NCBI RefSeq assembly: GCF_006345805.1
Contig: NC_043012.1
Location: 18,662,001-18,726,000, forward strand
Source of the DNA: Octopus sinensis
Lineage: Eukaryota
Length of the DNA: 64,000 bases
Reading direction: 5' to 3'
The notes below the pieces were generated by a model. The model was given only the letters and a program-made list of their open reading frames with translations, was not told the DNA's origin and did not search any database. Position numbers and translations under genes: made by a program. Every line of letters starts with the position of its first letter. Positions within the stretch are counted from its first letter, which is position 1. Below, piece by piece: positions 1-13,100 of the stretch.

Positions 1-166
1 TATTTATTTCTACACATGCTGATATATGACCTACGTTGGACTCTTCATTCGCATAATCACCGAACCTGGAGCTTAACAGTTGTTTGTCCATAGCACTTTA
101 CTCAGCATTACCTCACACCTTTGGGTCTTCTTGACGTCATTGCCTCTCTCTCTCTCTCTCTCTCTC

Positions 167-2062
167 ATCAAACAGAACCCCAAAGTGTCCAATTCTTATG
201 GAAATAAGCATAGAACCACTGTCTCACCCATTGGGACATTGATTGATGATAACGGCATTCCCCCAACACGATGCTAAAGAAATGGGAGAAATACTGCAGA
301 AACAATACTGCTCTGTCTTTACTGTTCCAACTGATATTGACGTAAGAGAAGCGAACGAAGTTGATTCCCAACATAAAATCTCAGACATAACCTTCACTGC
401 CACTGACATCATAGCAGCAATAAATTAGTTCAAATACTACTCTGCTGTAGGCCCTGATAGATTCCCCGCTAGTCTCCTGAAGGAATGTAGACACCAACTT
501 GCAGTCCCCCTGTCCAACTTCTGGAGAAATTCGTTATACGCATGTTATATACCGAAACATTTTCTATCCCAGTCAGTCATCCCGGTTTTCAAACAGGGAA
601 ACAGATCCCTCGCAGTCAACCATCGCCCAATCTCACTCACCTCCCACGTCATTAAAGTGTTTGAAAGAGCGTTCAGATCAAGGATAGCTGACCTCCTGGA
701 GACCCACAAACACCTAAATGCAAATCAGCATGGCTTTCGCTGTGGTAGGGACTGTCTAACACAGCTCTTACACCACATTGAAGATATACTCAAAGCCTTG
801 GGAACAGGTTCGAACTCTGATGCCATATATCTTGACTTCAGTAAAGCGTCCGACAGCGTCCATAATATCCTACTCTCAAAATTGGCAAATGTTGGAATCC
901 GTGGAAAAGTTCTACACTGGATTAAGTATTTCCTGGCGAATAGAACACAACATGTTGTAGTTGATGGAGTCCACTCAAGCCCAGCAAAATTCACCAGCGG
1001 TGTCCCCCAGGGGACTGTCTTGGGCCCGCTACTCTTTATAATTTACATAAACGACCATTCCGGTGTCGTACATTACTGCAAAGAGAAAATATTTGCTGAT
1101 GACACTAAGCTCCGGCAAATCATCAATGAAAAAGCAGACTGAACCCAACTCCAGTCTGATCTATATGCTGTGAGTCAATGGGCAGACAGACACAACATGC
1201 AACTGAACGAGGGAAAATTTGAGCTGATGCATGTTGGAAGAAATTCCTCACTAAAACAGCCATACTCTCTTCCTTCAAGGGAACCACTCACAACCTCTAA
1301 CAATATCATAGACCTGGGTGTAATTGTTGATGACGATCTCAGTTGGAGTGCACACATCAACAATAAGGTCGATATAGCTCGTAGGATGAGTTCCTGGATC
1401 TTAAGAACTTTCCGGTCCATAGAACAAGGTGTCATCATACCACTTTTCTACTCCTTTGTACGGTCACACCTCGAATACTGCTGCCCACTTTGGTCTCCCC
1501 ATACAAGAGACAACATCTCGAGGATTGAATCACCCCAGAGGGCACTCACTAAAAGAATTGAAGGCATGGCTGCTCTCGATTATTGGGATCGCCTTAAAGC
1601 CTTGAAACTCTACCCTCTCCAGCGTCGCCGTGAGCGGTACATCATTTGTACGATGTGGACAATATACCGCCAACTTTGCCCAAACGACCTGAACATTAGC
1701 TTCAAGGTTCATCCAAGACTGGGACCACGGGCCATACGTCCCCTGCCCAATTCAAAATCACAGCATACATGTACACTGCAAAATAATTTCTTTTCCTCAA
1801 CAGGCCCTGCCCTTTTCAACATTGTCCAGAAAGAGATCGAAGAGGAAAAGGATAGAGTTTGGATAGATTCCTTCAAGGAATACCAGATAGGCCACCCATA
1901 ATTGGATACAACTCACCCAACAAAAACTCACTACTTGAATGGACCATAAACAAAACTTGACTTAAACAGGATTCAGATAATCCTATCAAGTGGTGCTATT
2001 AAGTTAGACATGGCCTGGACCAATCTTTGGTCGAAACATATCTAAGTTTATCTAAGTTATCT
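167..2062 (+). mobile_element. 5'-truncated, decayed CR1/L2-group non-LTR retrotransposon (RT plus C-terminal domain, 3' UTR and short repeat tail)
   Basis: ORF pieces 80-277, 243-428, 657-1142 and 1170-1901 give QHGFR, YLDFSKA, GVPQGTVLGPLLF, FADDTKL, LGVIVD, LEYCCPLWSPH and LQRRRER, interrupted by frameshifts and stops. Starts right after (CT)n at 144-166 and ends in an ATCTAAGTT(T) tandem tail at 2040-2062. Confidence 0.93.
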
Positions 2063-3377
2063 GAAGGATATGATAGTATGAGATTTTACGACACTTCCAC
2101 ACTTTACTATAAGTTTCTTAACGCACTTCGGTCGACACAGATGTGAACTTGCTCTCCTGATTCATAATGTTTCGCCTTCCGTTCATAATAGGAATATCAT
2201 TTATACGGTGCAGTTTCTGCCCATGAGCTTCGGGAATTTCGTTTCGTAACCACATACGATTGGTTCATAAACATTGCGTGTAACATAGAACATTTACTTG
2301 AGCTCTAGCCTCAGATTGAAAACCAAACTGAAATTGTGCGGAAGCCCTCCTGCGCATTAATTGAAACATTCGCATGCATATTATAGGAGAAATGAATGAC
2401 ATAAATATAACCACAGTCTACAAATGCAAAAGTTGCATGTATTCCTTCTGAGTGTACGTTTGTAAGGACATATTACAATAGTCAGGGGGCCACTCTCACA
2501 GTAGAAAATCGTGTGCCACCGACCATTTTTGTGGGTATGATTACTTGAAGAACGAGCATAATAAAAATATTATTCTTTGGTTTGGAAGTTGGTTTCCCAA
2601 GCATTTTGATTCGATCTTACAGCAAGGTAATATACCGAGAGAACAATGTGGTATAAGAGATCATTCGTAAACGGAAGATGGACGTGAGGCTTTTGGAAGG
2701 AGTTGGTGAAATAGAGTTTCACAGATAGATTAATAGACACATCTTGAAAATGATGAAACATTCATGTCTGGTCAGCATGACTCACATTGCCAGAGTGGCA
2801 CATAGTACGGAAGCATGTTACTCTACGTAGCAGTAAGTATCTTTCGATCTTTCTTAATTATTCTTTGTATGTGGTCTTCTTTTTTCTAGGTCTGGAGTAT
2901 AGTGATTTTTGTGAACTTACCATGTTGACTTTCCTGAGACAAACACTGAATTTTCAAAAATATACATGCAAAAGTAAAGAAAGAAATATAATCCAGGCGT
3001 GATTCTATCTTTTAATTTCAGAATTTGGAACATCATGAATGGCACACCTCCTCACTTCAAGATCTGCGTGGAGTCGGTCTGACAATTAGTCTACTACATG
3101 TGGGTGTGAATGCTTACATGTGTTTATCTAGATCTGTGGGAGTAGTTCTATATGTGAGAAGGGTGAGGTAGAGAGGAGACAATAAAACACGATATAATAT
3201 GAGCGCGCAAACTCGTGCGCATGCGTGCACGTGCATATGTGTTTCCTAGTATGCTTGTCTGTGCGGTTGAATCGGTATGAGTGTGAATGTGTCAGTGTTT
3301 GCTTAAGTGTATGTGTCTATGTGTGTGTGGTTATGCGTTCTTGCTCCCTTGTGTGTGCATGCGTGTGTATGTTTGCT

Positions 3378-3443
<66 letters not shown>

Positions 3444-3454
3444 ATATTATTTTA

Positions 3455-3776
3455 ATCTTTTTTATTTTATTTTATTTTATCTAGTTTCAGCTCACGAGCT
3501 GTGGCCATGCTGCTGCACCGCCATTTGGTGTTGTTACATGATTTTACTTCACGAATGCGTTTTAGCAATTTCCATTTGGTGCATGAGAGAGTTCGATGCA
3601 GCTGCTCATCTACACCTCCTGCCGTGAAGTTGGTTCATCTGGGACACCTGACAGGAAGAGATCCCAGTTTTATATTAAAGACATCTGCATCCACCCCATG
3701 CAGGTCTCTCAGGTCCTTCGGGAGGATATTGAAGAGCTGTGGACCTCTGAAGCCCAGGCTATCACAGTATCTTGTC

Positions 3777-3778
<2 letters not shown>
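3455..3778 (-). mobile_element. 3' end fragment of a second CR1/L2-group LINE family
   Basis: Minus strand translates as TRYCDSLGFRGPQLFNILPKDLRDL...DLFLSGVPDEP...SNSL (frameshifted), comparable to GPALFNIV in the first LINE. Ends in GGCGGTGCAGCAGCATGGCCACAGCTCGTGAGCTGAAACTAG plus (ATAAA)n and is truncated at a (TA)n tract. Confidence 0.8.
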
Positions 3779-3828
<50 letters not shown>

Positions 3829-4140
3829 CATACATACATATACACATACATCTGTTTGTAAAAAAAGACACACATTGTCACTGGTACAGCCAACGTAAGT
3901 GTGGGGTTTTCCAAATAACGTATAAATTTACGTTTAGTATCTGTTGCTATTTCTTTGGGAAATAAACGAATAATCAGTAACTCATATGTGTATATATATG
4001 TGTTTATATATATACACACACACACATATATGTATGTATATACATTTGTATATACATATATACATATATAATATATATATATGCATATCTATACATATAT
4101 ATATATTCATATATATATAACATATATATGTATATATGTA

Positions 4141-4180
<40 letters not shown>

Positions 4181-4217
4181 TATATATATATTATATATAT
4201 ATATTATATATGTATGC

Positions 4218-4272
<55 letters not shown>

Positions 4273-4274
<2 letters not shown>

Positions 4275-4683
4275 AGCATTATAGCCCGACGTTGCACGGG
4301 TTTGTTTTTTAGTTGCGCTCAAAACAGCAGATTTTGATGTCGCGTTAACAAAGTTTTGACATAGTTTCAATCTTTTTTAAAAAGTAAAAAATTTGCATTT
4401 TGTAGCTTGTTATTCTCTTTAAGAGAACATTTTCTGGTTGAAATACACCGAAAAATGGCGACACATCAGTAAAAAAATAGGGATTTTCATAGAAGAAAAA
4501 GCACCATTTCCATGTAAATAATTTTTGATCTTAACATGGACTTGAATGTTTTCTTCTCCGGAATGTAGAGCAAGACTTCTATCACACTCTGAATTTTGGA
4601 CAACTTGCACCGCAGGGTCTCGGAGGAGATAGTGCTAGATGAAGGCTACCAAACCTGCCACACACACACACACACACTTCAGC

Positions 4684-4692
<9 letters not shown>
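4273..4692 (-). mobile_element. Non-autonomous Helitron-like element
   Basis: Minus-strand 3' end CTGG|T (CTRR) preceded by a GC hairpin CCCGTGCAACGTCGGG (4285-4300). 5' end is TATATAAGGCTGAAG followed by an internal (GT)n, the usual layout of short Helitron derivatives. Sits inside (TA)n. Confidence 0.7.
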
Positions 4693-4729
<37 letters not shown>

Positions 4730-4731
<2 letters not shown>

Positions 4732-6111
4732 TACAATTTCTAGGAAATATATAGGGGAATAATTACAAGGTTAGCTAAATGTTGTTAAAGTGTACCAGGG
4801 AACATTGGTGACACTTGTTTGGAATTTGGTCCCGAGAAGCGAGACCTATTCAGGAAAAAAATAGGAAAATCATTTATATCTTCATATTATCGAAATAGGT
4901 TTCGATGGATACATTGAAGATACATCCGACAGGACGAATGATGACTAACAATGCTTCAATACAATCCGGGAGGTTATAAACAACAGTGCTCATAGAATAG
5001 ACATTTTAACAGACATAAGAAACACAATCTGGTTGATTATTGCATACGGAAAACAAATAAAAAGTTCCCTTCCAATTTTCGTTCGTCAATTAATTCAAGG
5101 TACCGCTAAACTATCAACACACAGCGTGTCAAAATATGTTCCTCAAACGCTAGAAATATCTCACAAATTATATCATCACGTAACAGCTGTATTCTAAAAG
5201 CTAACAGCGTCTCTCTTAATAACTCTAATAACTTTAAAAATATTAACAATAATATTAACGATAATTTCTCCTTAAATTATAATATCAATAATATTAGCCC
5301 TTGCAACTGTGGCCCAAATAATATATGTGTCCTAAATGGAAATTGCCCTATTAAAAATGTCCTGTACCAATGCAACATTAACTCTGGAACCTAGGAATTC
5401 TTTTTATATTGGATTATTTTCTACGGATTTGAAATGCAGATTTTCGACCTTCAAATACAACAGTAAGCATAATTCCACAGGAGTTAGTAAACTAATCTGA
5501 CATCTTAAAGACTCTACCAAACTTCTTTCATTAGATTGGAAAATTTCATATAGATCATTTCCCTGTAATAAAGAGAAATCTTTCTGCCCTCTGTACGGAA
5601 TAGCAATGTTCTATCCTGTATCCTACAGAGCGAGTTTGGAGGTGATCGCATTTGAAAAAGCATTCTTTCGCTTTTTAGTATCTAACCCTCACATAATAAT
5701 AATTTCTGAAAATTATATTTTCTTTATTCATTATTTTTACATCCCATAATCTTTATTCCTCCCTACATTTTTTCTTCCATTCTTTTCTCTATCCAGACAG
5801 TTTTACCCGCTCCTTTCCTCTCTCACTCTCTCTCTCTCTCTCTCATTTAACTTTGTTTACTGCCCCACCTACTTATCTATAAAGTCTCTTGTTCACTCAC
5901 TCTATGAAGTATATTTCCCTAATGGCATTTTCAAATTCTAGCGTTCCCCTTCGTTACTGAGCTTTCCTTATATGTATATGAGTGCATATTTGTGTTTGTT
6001 CCTCTTTGTATGTACACTACGTATGTGTACAAATAAGTGTATGTGTATGTACATATATATACATGTTTGTGTGAGTGCGTGTATATATATACATATTTAT
6101 ATATATGTATA

Positions 6112-6165
<54 letters not shown>

Positions 6166-6385
6166 CGTGTATGTGTATGTGCATGCGTATGTACATATGC
6201 ATTTATATATATATACGTCAAATTTTCTTTGGATTCTTATATCTGTTAAAATGTCTGATGAGCACTTGCTTATATCCTCCCTGATGAGACTCATGTATTG
6301 CTGATCATTATTCATCTTTTCGCAACTATTTTCAATGCATCTATCGAAACATATGTCAATGATATGAAGTTATAAGTGATTTAAT
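4730..6385 (+). mobile_element. 5'-truncated Penelope-like element with inverted upstream pLTR copy
   Basis: 5302-5640 encodes a decayed PLE GIY-YIG endonuclease: CNCGPNNICVLNGNCPIKNVLYQC...YIG...NSTGVSKLI*HLK...LDWKI...FCPLY. 4871-5021 is a diverged reverse complement of 6234-6378, which carries a hammerhead core. Confidence 0.8.
6271..6366 (+). ncRNA. Type I hammerhead ribozyme motif (PLE pLTR), stem I imperfect
   Basis: CTGATGA 6281-6287; stem II GA..ATGTATTG/CAATGCAT..TC; GAAA 6346-6349; palindromic CATATG then TC (GUC triplet); distal stem I ATATC/GATAT, with the proximal pairs mismatched. Confidence 0.65.
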
Positions 6386-7298
6386 ATCTTGAGCGTTTGT
6401 CTCCATTTTCAATTATCATATATATATATATATATACCACATAACAGAGCTCTAACAGTTCACATATCAGGGCTTTTACATTACAGGACAGAATCCCGAG
6501 GAACAAAACGACCCTCATTTCGTACATGTGACATTGCATATCAAGTGATATCATCAATATCGACTTATATCCATGATTGATGATATATAGATGATATTGC
6601 GAATAAGAAAGAGTACGAGGGCTGATAATGATACACAACAATTTAATACTGCATTTTATGAACACATTTTGCAATCGCCTGATGGGTAGACCTGTCATGT
6701 ATTGTTATTTTGCATTTAATAAAAACATTTCCTAGCAATTGATTTGTTCTGTAGTCAAATATAAGCGTAAAAATATAAGGAAAATGTACTTCCTCCAAAG
6801 CAGAGACACAATAATTCATTTATTTATCGTCTTGCTTATTGTATTGCGACAAAACCTAGTGATCGTCTCTAATCGTTATTGGAAAACGGCTGACATTTAG
6901 ACGCGAAAAGAAAGTATTTGTGAAAATCCTAAATTCTATAAGGCATGAACTATTGATCACTAATGAGTGGATGATGAATCTATTATTGACATCTGAATTG
7001 AAATTAGCTTCAGATGGAATAAATCAAAACAACTGCCAATTGTGAAAATTGTTTCCATATATATTAGCAGCTTAGATTTATCGCTAAATTTGATGCTGGT
7101 CAGTGAAGTGAAAATTCAGTGCCATGTGCTTCGTCTAGACAGAAGTGAAAAATCCAATATATCTTGTTAAATGAATAACTGCATTTCATACATAGAACTA
7201 CCTAACTCCGCTGTATATATTTCTTCCTGATTTTGATACCTTTCGTTATACTTTTAGGTCCCACTCCTTCTTTGCATGTATGTATGTGTGTGTATATA

Positions 7299-7352
<54 letters not shown>

Positions 7353-7565
7353 TATATATATTATATATATATATATATATATAATAATAATAAATATTAG
7401 GGAATAAATCCAAATTTACAGGGAAAAAAAATCAGATTTAGGATTAAATCGATTTTATAGTAAAATATTATAAAATATTATTCGAGACAAAACCACTATT
7501 TTGCAAAACAAACAAGGAAAGACTTAATCAATACATAAAATTTTAATAAATAGTCAAAAAAACCG

Positions 7566-7608
7566 CCACTACAATCGTTTCTTGTCTTGATCGACAATCT
7601 TCAGGTGG
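7566..7608 (-). ncRNA. Minimal type I hammerhead ribozyme (mirror copy)
   Basis: Exact reverse-complement copy of 7656-7698 within the palindrome. Confidence 0.85.
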
Positions 7609-7655
7609 ACTTCCAATAATTCAGTGTCAAAATTTGACACTGAATTATTGGAAGT

Positions 7656-7698
7656 CCACCTGAAGATTGTCGATCAAGACAAGAAACGATTGTAGTGG
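7656..7698 (+). ncRNA. Minimal type I hammerhead ribozyme
   Basis: CCAC-CTGAAGA-TTGTC gatcaa GACAA-GAAA-CGATTG-TA-GTGG: all core nucleotides present, stems I and II paired, predicted cleavage after GUA (7694/7695). Confidence 0.85.
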
Positions 7699-7785
7699 CG
7701 GTTTTTTTGACTATTTATTAAAATTTTATGTATTGATTAAGTCTTTCCTTGTTTGTTTTGCAAAATAGTGGTTTTGTCTCGAATA

Positions 7786-7823
<38 letters not shown>

Positions 7824-7880
7824 TATATATGTATATATATGTGTGTATATATATATATATATACGTATATGTATGTGTGT

Positions 7881-7926
<46 letters not shown>

Positions 7927-10786
7927 ATGTGTATGTGTGTGTGTGTGTATGTGTGTGTGTGTGTTATTACAAACAAACGTACACATTTACAAAAGTAAGG
8001 TGATTAGAGACTGTGCGATGTATTGGCCTTGTGTGTCTCATCAATCGAGGCTACACCGTAGAAGAGATGATTTTAGTAAAAGCACGCAGTGATACTTAAA
8101 GTAATAGACGTGATTCATGAACTTATATTTTCTAAAGTGTTCAGCTGATTAGATTTTCAATTTTGAGTCTGCTAGGACACATTAACGAGAAAGAAACTCC
8201 ATATTGTTTGTATTGTGGCTGATCTGCTTGGACAACATAAATTAAGATCTCTTTAACTGTCAAGACGAATAAGCAGATAATTTGTTTGCTGATTCCCATG
8301 AAAATGATTAGTTGGCACTTGATCGATTCAGGGGTCAAGCATGGTTGTTCCGAATGAGGAGCTACCTAAGGTTTTCGAAAAATCGCTGTGTCTCAAAATA
8401 CATTAGCGAATCATGTGTTATGAACTCAATCGTCAACAGGCAGGAGTTGCTCCCCTTTGACAAAGATAACATTAATCTGATACCCCCGTTCGCATCCAGT
8501 AGAGCGTACTAACAATAAATAAATATGTTATCGAATGTATTCTAACTGTTAGACGTGCACAGATAAAACGTGTGCACGCGAGATTTTGTGTGTCTGTGTT
8601 TGTGCAAGTGTTTTCGCGAGCGTGTGTGTGTGTGGGGGGGGGGTCGTGTCCCCGTTTTATAATACATTTTCCACGTTTTCCAGATTTTCATTTGTTATAT
8701 GTAATAAGAATTACCCCTAAGATTCTCTTTGTTTCATGCTTTTATCATTAATATCTTAATTACTGCAAAATTTCCAACGGATAGAATTAAGGATTTTAGA
8801 TTTGAGATTATCGACAAAAAAGGATTAGGTCTACTTTGTAAGCATAGTAGATACCGTTTAAATATAGAACTTCCTTTATACTTGACGCAAAAGGACGTAC
8901 TTATGCACATTACACTTCTCTTATATTCTATAAATTTAATTGTGGGTATGATTATTTCTCCCAAAAGTATTTTAGTTGATAATCAAAGTTTCTTTTTCAG
9001 TAAACAGGGAATTTAGTAAAGAACAGAAATTTGATAATGAAATGATTGAGGTCTGATACTAAGGAAATATTTACACTTATAAACTATGTTGACTCTGTTA
9101 TTCACGATCGTGTTATTTAAGCAATTGTGAAACTGCTAACTGATTCTTTCTCCGACCTTTCTTCAGCCACCTCTCTCTGCTGCTGCTTCTATATAACAGC
9201 CTGTCGGTCTGTCTCTCTTTCTCTGCCTCCATATTATTTCTGTTCTTTACAGACATATATACATACATATATATATATATATTATAGCTTATAATAGCAT
9301 GGGAAGCTTATAAATTAAATATATTGTAACTGATAATGCTGCTCATTAATAAGTTATATACGTGTATAACAATTTTACTTGAGTTTTAATTAGTCAAATG
9401 CGTATAAGCGATTCTTGTATGCGATTCAGTGTATATTAAATAACGTAAAGCCTAACAATTGATCGATTTTCGCTAAATTACAATTATATAGACAACCAAC
9501 AAAATAAATCATAAACAATATTAAAGTCACACTCTATTTGAACAGAAAATATAATGCAAGCGAACTGAGTATATACCTTCAAGCTTATCAAATTGTATCG
9601 TAATGAATAAACATCACGAACAAGGGAAGTAGAATTGGATTGAAATAATGTTTTACATAGAAACCACATCAAATATGCTTCGGGTTTTGTGGTGGATGAT
9701 TCGGAAACGCTTTAAACCGTTCGTGAAGCGTGTTTTAAATGTATGACACAAAACGAAATATTGAAAGTATGAAAATTAAATCTCTATGAGGCCAAAACTT
9801 TGTCAGTATTTGACTTTGCGATGTGAAAGAATTGTAACATTTTCTGTTGAAAGATATGTAGTTAACCCCTGTCACATTTGAAAAAGATGTGGACGAGAGC
9901 ATTATATTTCATAAATTAATTAGTATAAAATTTCTAAATCTAATCCTATAGTATTAAATTAAATTATGTAAAAGAATACGTTATATAGAAATATTGCATT
10001 AATATCTTCAAGAGCAGTAGATTTCCACGTAAAAGGAAGCTAAGTTACAAGTGCTAGAACATATATGTATATTCAATAAATAATCTATGGCATACTCAAA
10101 AGAAAATTACTTTAAATTCATAAATCGATATCGTGTCATTTACTATATAGGTGAAAGGAATTGAATTATTTTCTATTCAATGAGTTTAAGCTATTAGGCG
10201 TTTCAAGAAATAAAATATATATTGGTATGTGAAAAATTCATATGTTAAAATGTACACAGTAAATCATGTCGGAGGTTTGAAATCCTGTAAACTATTAAGG
10301 CACTATTTATGACGATAAAATTATTCATTTAGTACATATTAACAGAATTATCCTCCGGCCCTGTCCAAACAGAAACGGAACCTATTACATTAAAAGTAAA
10401 TCTTGCGGTAGCTAAGTTCTAAAAGTCCATGCTTAAACATATCATCCAATTACATATATACATATCTACACACACATATATGCGTCTAGATATGTAAGTT
10501 CAACGAATAATTACATGCTATATTGAATTTCTACAACAGATTTTTTTTAGGAAGTGAAAAGAAGGAAAAGTACCAACTCCCAAATTCCTCATAATTTGGT
10601 TTTCAAATACTGCTCTTAGAGCTGAGATACCATACGGTTTTCAGTTCTATATTTCTATTCTTGATCCAAGAGAGCAATTGCTTAATATCAATATATTACC
10701 AGATTTATCGAGCGGTTCGAAAACATGTAGAACTTAAAACAATGAAGACTTGTATTAGGAATATATATCGCAAATCAATATAAGAT

Positions 10787-10840
<54 letters not shown>

Positions 10841-10911
10841 CATAATATGCACTAATTTGAAACAATTTAGTATTGTTTCTGGTATAGTGTAGAACACTTT
10901 TAACGATATAC

Positions 10912-10949
<38 letters not shown>

Positions 10950-11294
10950 GTGTGTGTATGAATGTGTGTGTGAGCGTGCGTGTGTATGTGTTTATATAAA
11001 TATACATACATGTACATATATGTATATATATTTATGGATACAAAGATATATGTATATGCATGTAGGTGTGTATGTTTGTGTATGCGTGTGTATGTGTGTG
11101 TCTGTGTGTATGTGCTTAAAACGTCAGGTTAATTTCTCCAAATTTAACTTTCATAATTCGTTTTGCTCGATTTAGAAATATTTTCCTATGTTTATGCATG
11201 TATAATTTTGGAAACAATGAGTAAATTTATTTTGTACTCTATCCTCCATACAGATAGGCACACGCGCCACGCGCACACATATATATACATATAT

Positions 11295-11360
11295 ATATAT
11301 ATAAATACAAATATGCATTCATATATTCATACATATCTATATTTGTATATATTTCTATAT

Positions 11361-11403
<43 letters not shown>

Positions 11404-11548
11404 ATATAAATACAAATATGCATTCATATATTCATACATATCTATATTTGTATATATTTCTATATAGGTATATATATATATATGGAGAAATATATATACG
11501 TATATGTATATATATGCATATATATATTTGTATATATTTCTATATAGG

Positions 11549-11556
<8 letters not shown>
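11295..11556. repeat. Tandem duplication of a ~106-bp microsatellite-derived unit (2 copies plus a partial third)
   Basis: ATAAATACAAATATGCATTCATATATTCATACATATCTATATTTGTATATATTTCTATATAGGTAT occurs at ~11301 and ~11406; its 3' half recurs at ~11525. Confidence 0.85.
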
Positions 11557-11608
<52 letters not shown>

Positions 11609-12125
11609 GCATATATATACATATACGTATATATATTTCTCCATATTTTACTCAATCCTGCTGATGTTGTATGCATAATGAAAATATTTTTCTTTCTTTC
11701 TTGACTTATGATCACCTACAATATCACCTCCATCCACCCACCACCATAAACAGAAAAATTTTGTAATGTACATACAGCAATTGCATCGTGGTGCCTTTCC
11801 ATTTTCGGCATCTAACATATAAAAATCAGATTGTTCCTCTATATTTATAGGCAGCATGAATCGATTGCAGGTTTGTTAATGGCTTTCTAATGCGACTGCA
11901 TTAAAGCAAAAATATCTCGAAATCCTCAGTCAAACATACATAAATAAATAACGCGTTTGCTTTAATAGATACATATACATATATAGAGACAAACAGATAT
12001 ATATATATATATATATATATATACATGCATATATAGAGAGGTATGTATAGATAGTTATATATATATATATAGGTATTTATATATACATATATATATATAT
12101 TCACGTATATATATATATATTATAT

Positions 12126-12187
<62 letters not shown>

Positions 12188-12903
12188 TACATATGTATAT
12201 ATGATGTGGTGTGCTTATATATGTATATATGTATTTAAATGTGCTAAAACTTTGCGAATAAATGGTTCAGAAATGAAGACGGAATTGTGAATAATGTTGA
12301 CAGCTTATCTATTATCGTGCATAATGCAGCTGGAAATGCATAGATAATTCAATATACCCAATACGCGTATATTCGTGATTACATCGAAGTTTTATTACAC
12401 AAGCGGAATGCTGTTCGTTCGATACAACTTGCCACACAAAAAAAAAATTATAATAAATGGGTAAATATAAAACAGAAGGAACCAGCACTAAGAACAACTA
12501 TCGAACTAAGAACAAACACATATTTTCTCGAAAACAAAGAAATAATACTTTGTAGCATTTCATTGGTTTGCTTAACACTCCACAATGTTTTTGACACGCA
12601 TGCACCTTATCTTAAAATATCCATAACGCATCAGACAAGAGATGTGTTGCTCAGTGAAATATCACAATGATTGCCTTGTTATACATACTAGACGCCCCAC
12701 ACTGTTGTTTTTTTGAAAATTGTTAGAATTCATCGTTGAACTTAGCGTAAGTGGAATTAGATTCATGATTATTCAATAAATATACTACCTCTGATTCACC
12801 GGAATCTTTTTCTTGCCTATTTATACTTGTAGATCAGTGTAGGAATTATTCCTTCTGTTAACAAAATCCTACACTTCCTTTTTAGTTTCTTCGTTTTTCC
12901 TAA

Positions 12904-13100
12904 GGCGGTGAACTAGCAGAAAAGTTAGCATTCCGGGCGAAATGCTTATCCGCATTTCGTCTGTCTATACGTTCTGAGTTAGAATTCCACCGAGGTCGAC
13001 TTTGCAGTTTATCTTTTAAGTACCTGTTACGTGCTGTGGTCCATCTAATCGACTGGGCCAGTCCTCCAAAATTTCTGGCCTTGTGCCGAGTGTGGAAAAC
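12904..13100 (+). mobile_element. tRNA-derived SINE, family B
   Basis: Head GGCGGTGAACTAGCAGAAAAGTTAGCA, B-box-like GAGTTAGAATTCC, then GAGGTCGACTTTGC...AAGTACC core; homologous copies at 21.6-22.0 kb and 56.8 kb. Confidence 0.8.

Larger units (their letters stand above)
7469..7795. repeat. Perfect palindrome, 163-bp arms, 1-nt spacer (centre 7632)
   Basis: 7469-7631 is the exact reverse complement of 7633-7795 (compared base by base). The cassette runs from ~7385 and is bounded by (TA)n tracts on both sides. Confidence 0.97.

Noticed and set aside
2810-3090. Scattered splice-like signals (GTAAGT at 2814, minus-strand donor at ~2920, TTTCAG at 3021)
   Set aside because: On mixed strands with no coherent exon chain or homology.
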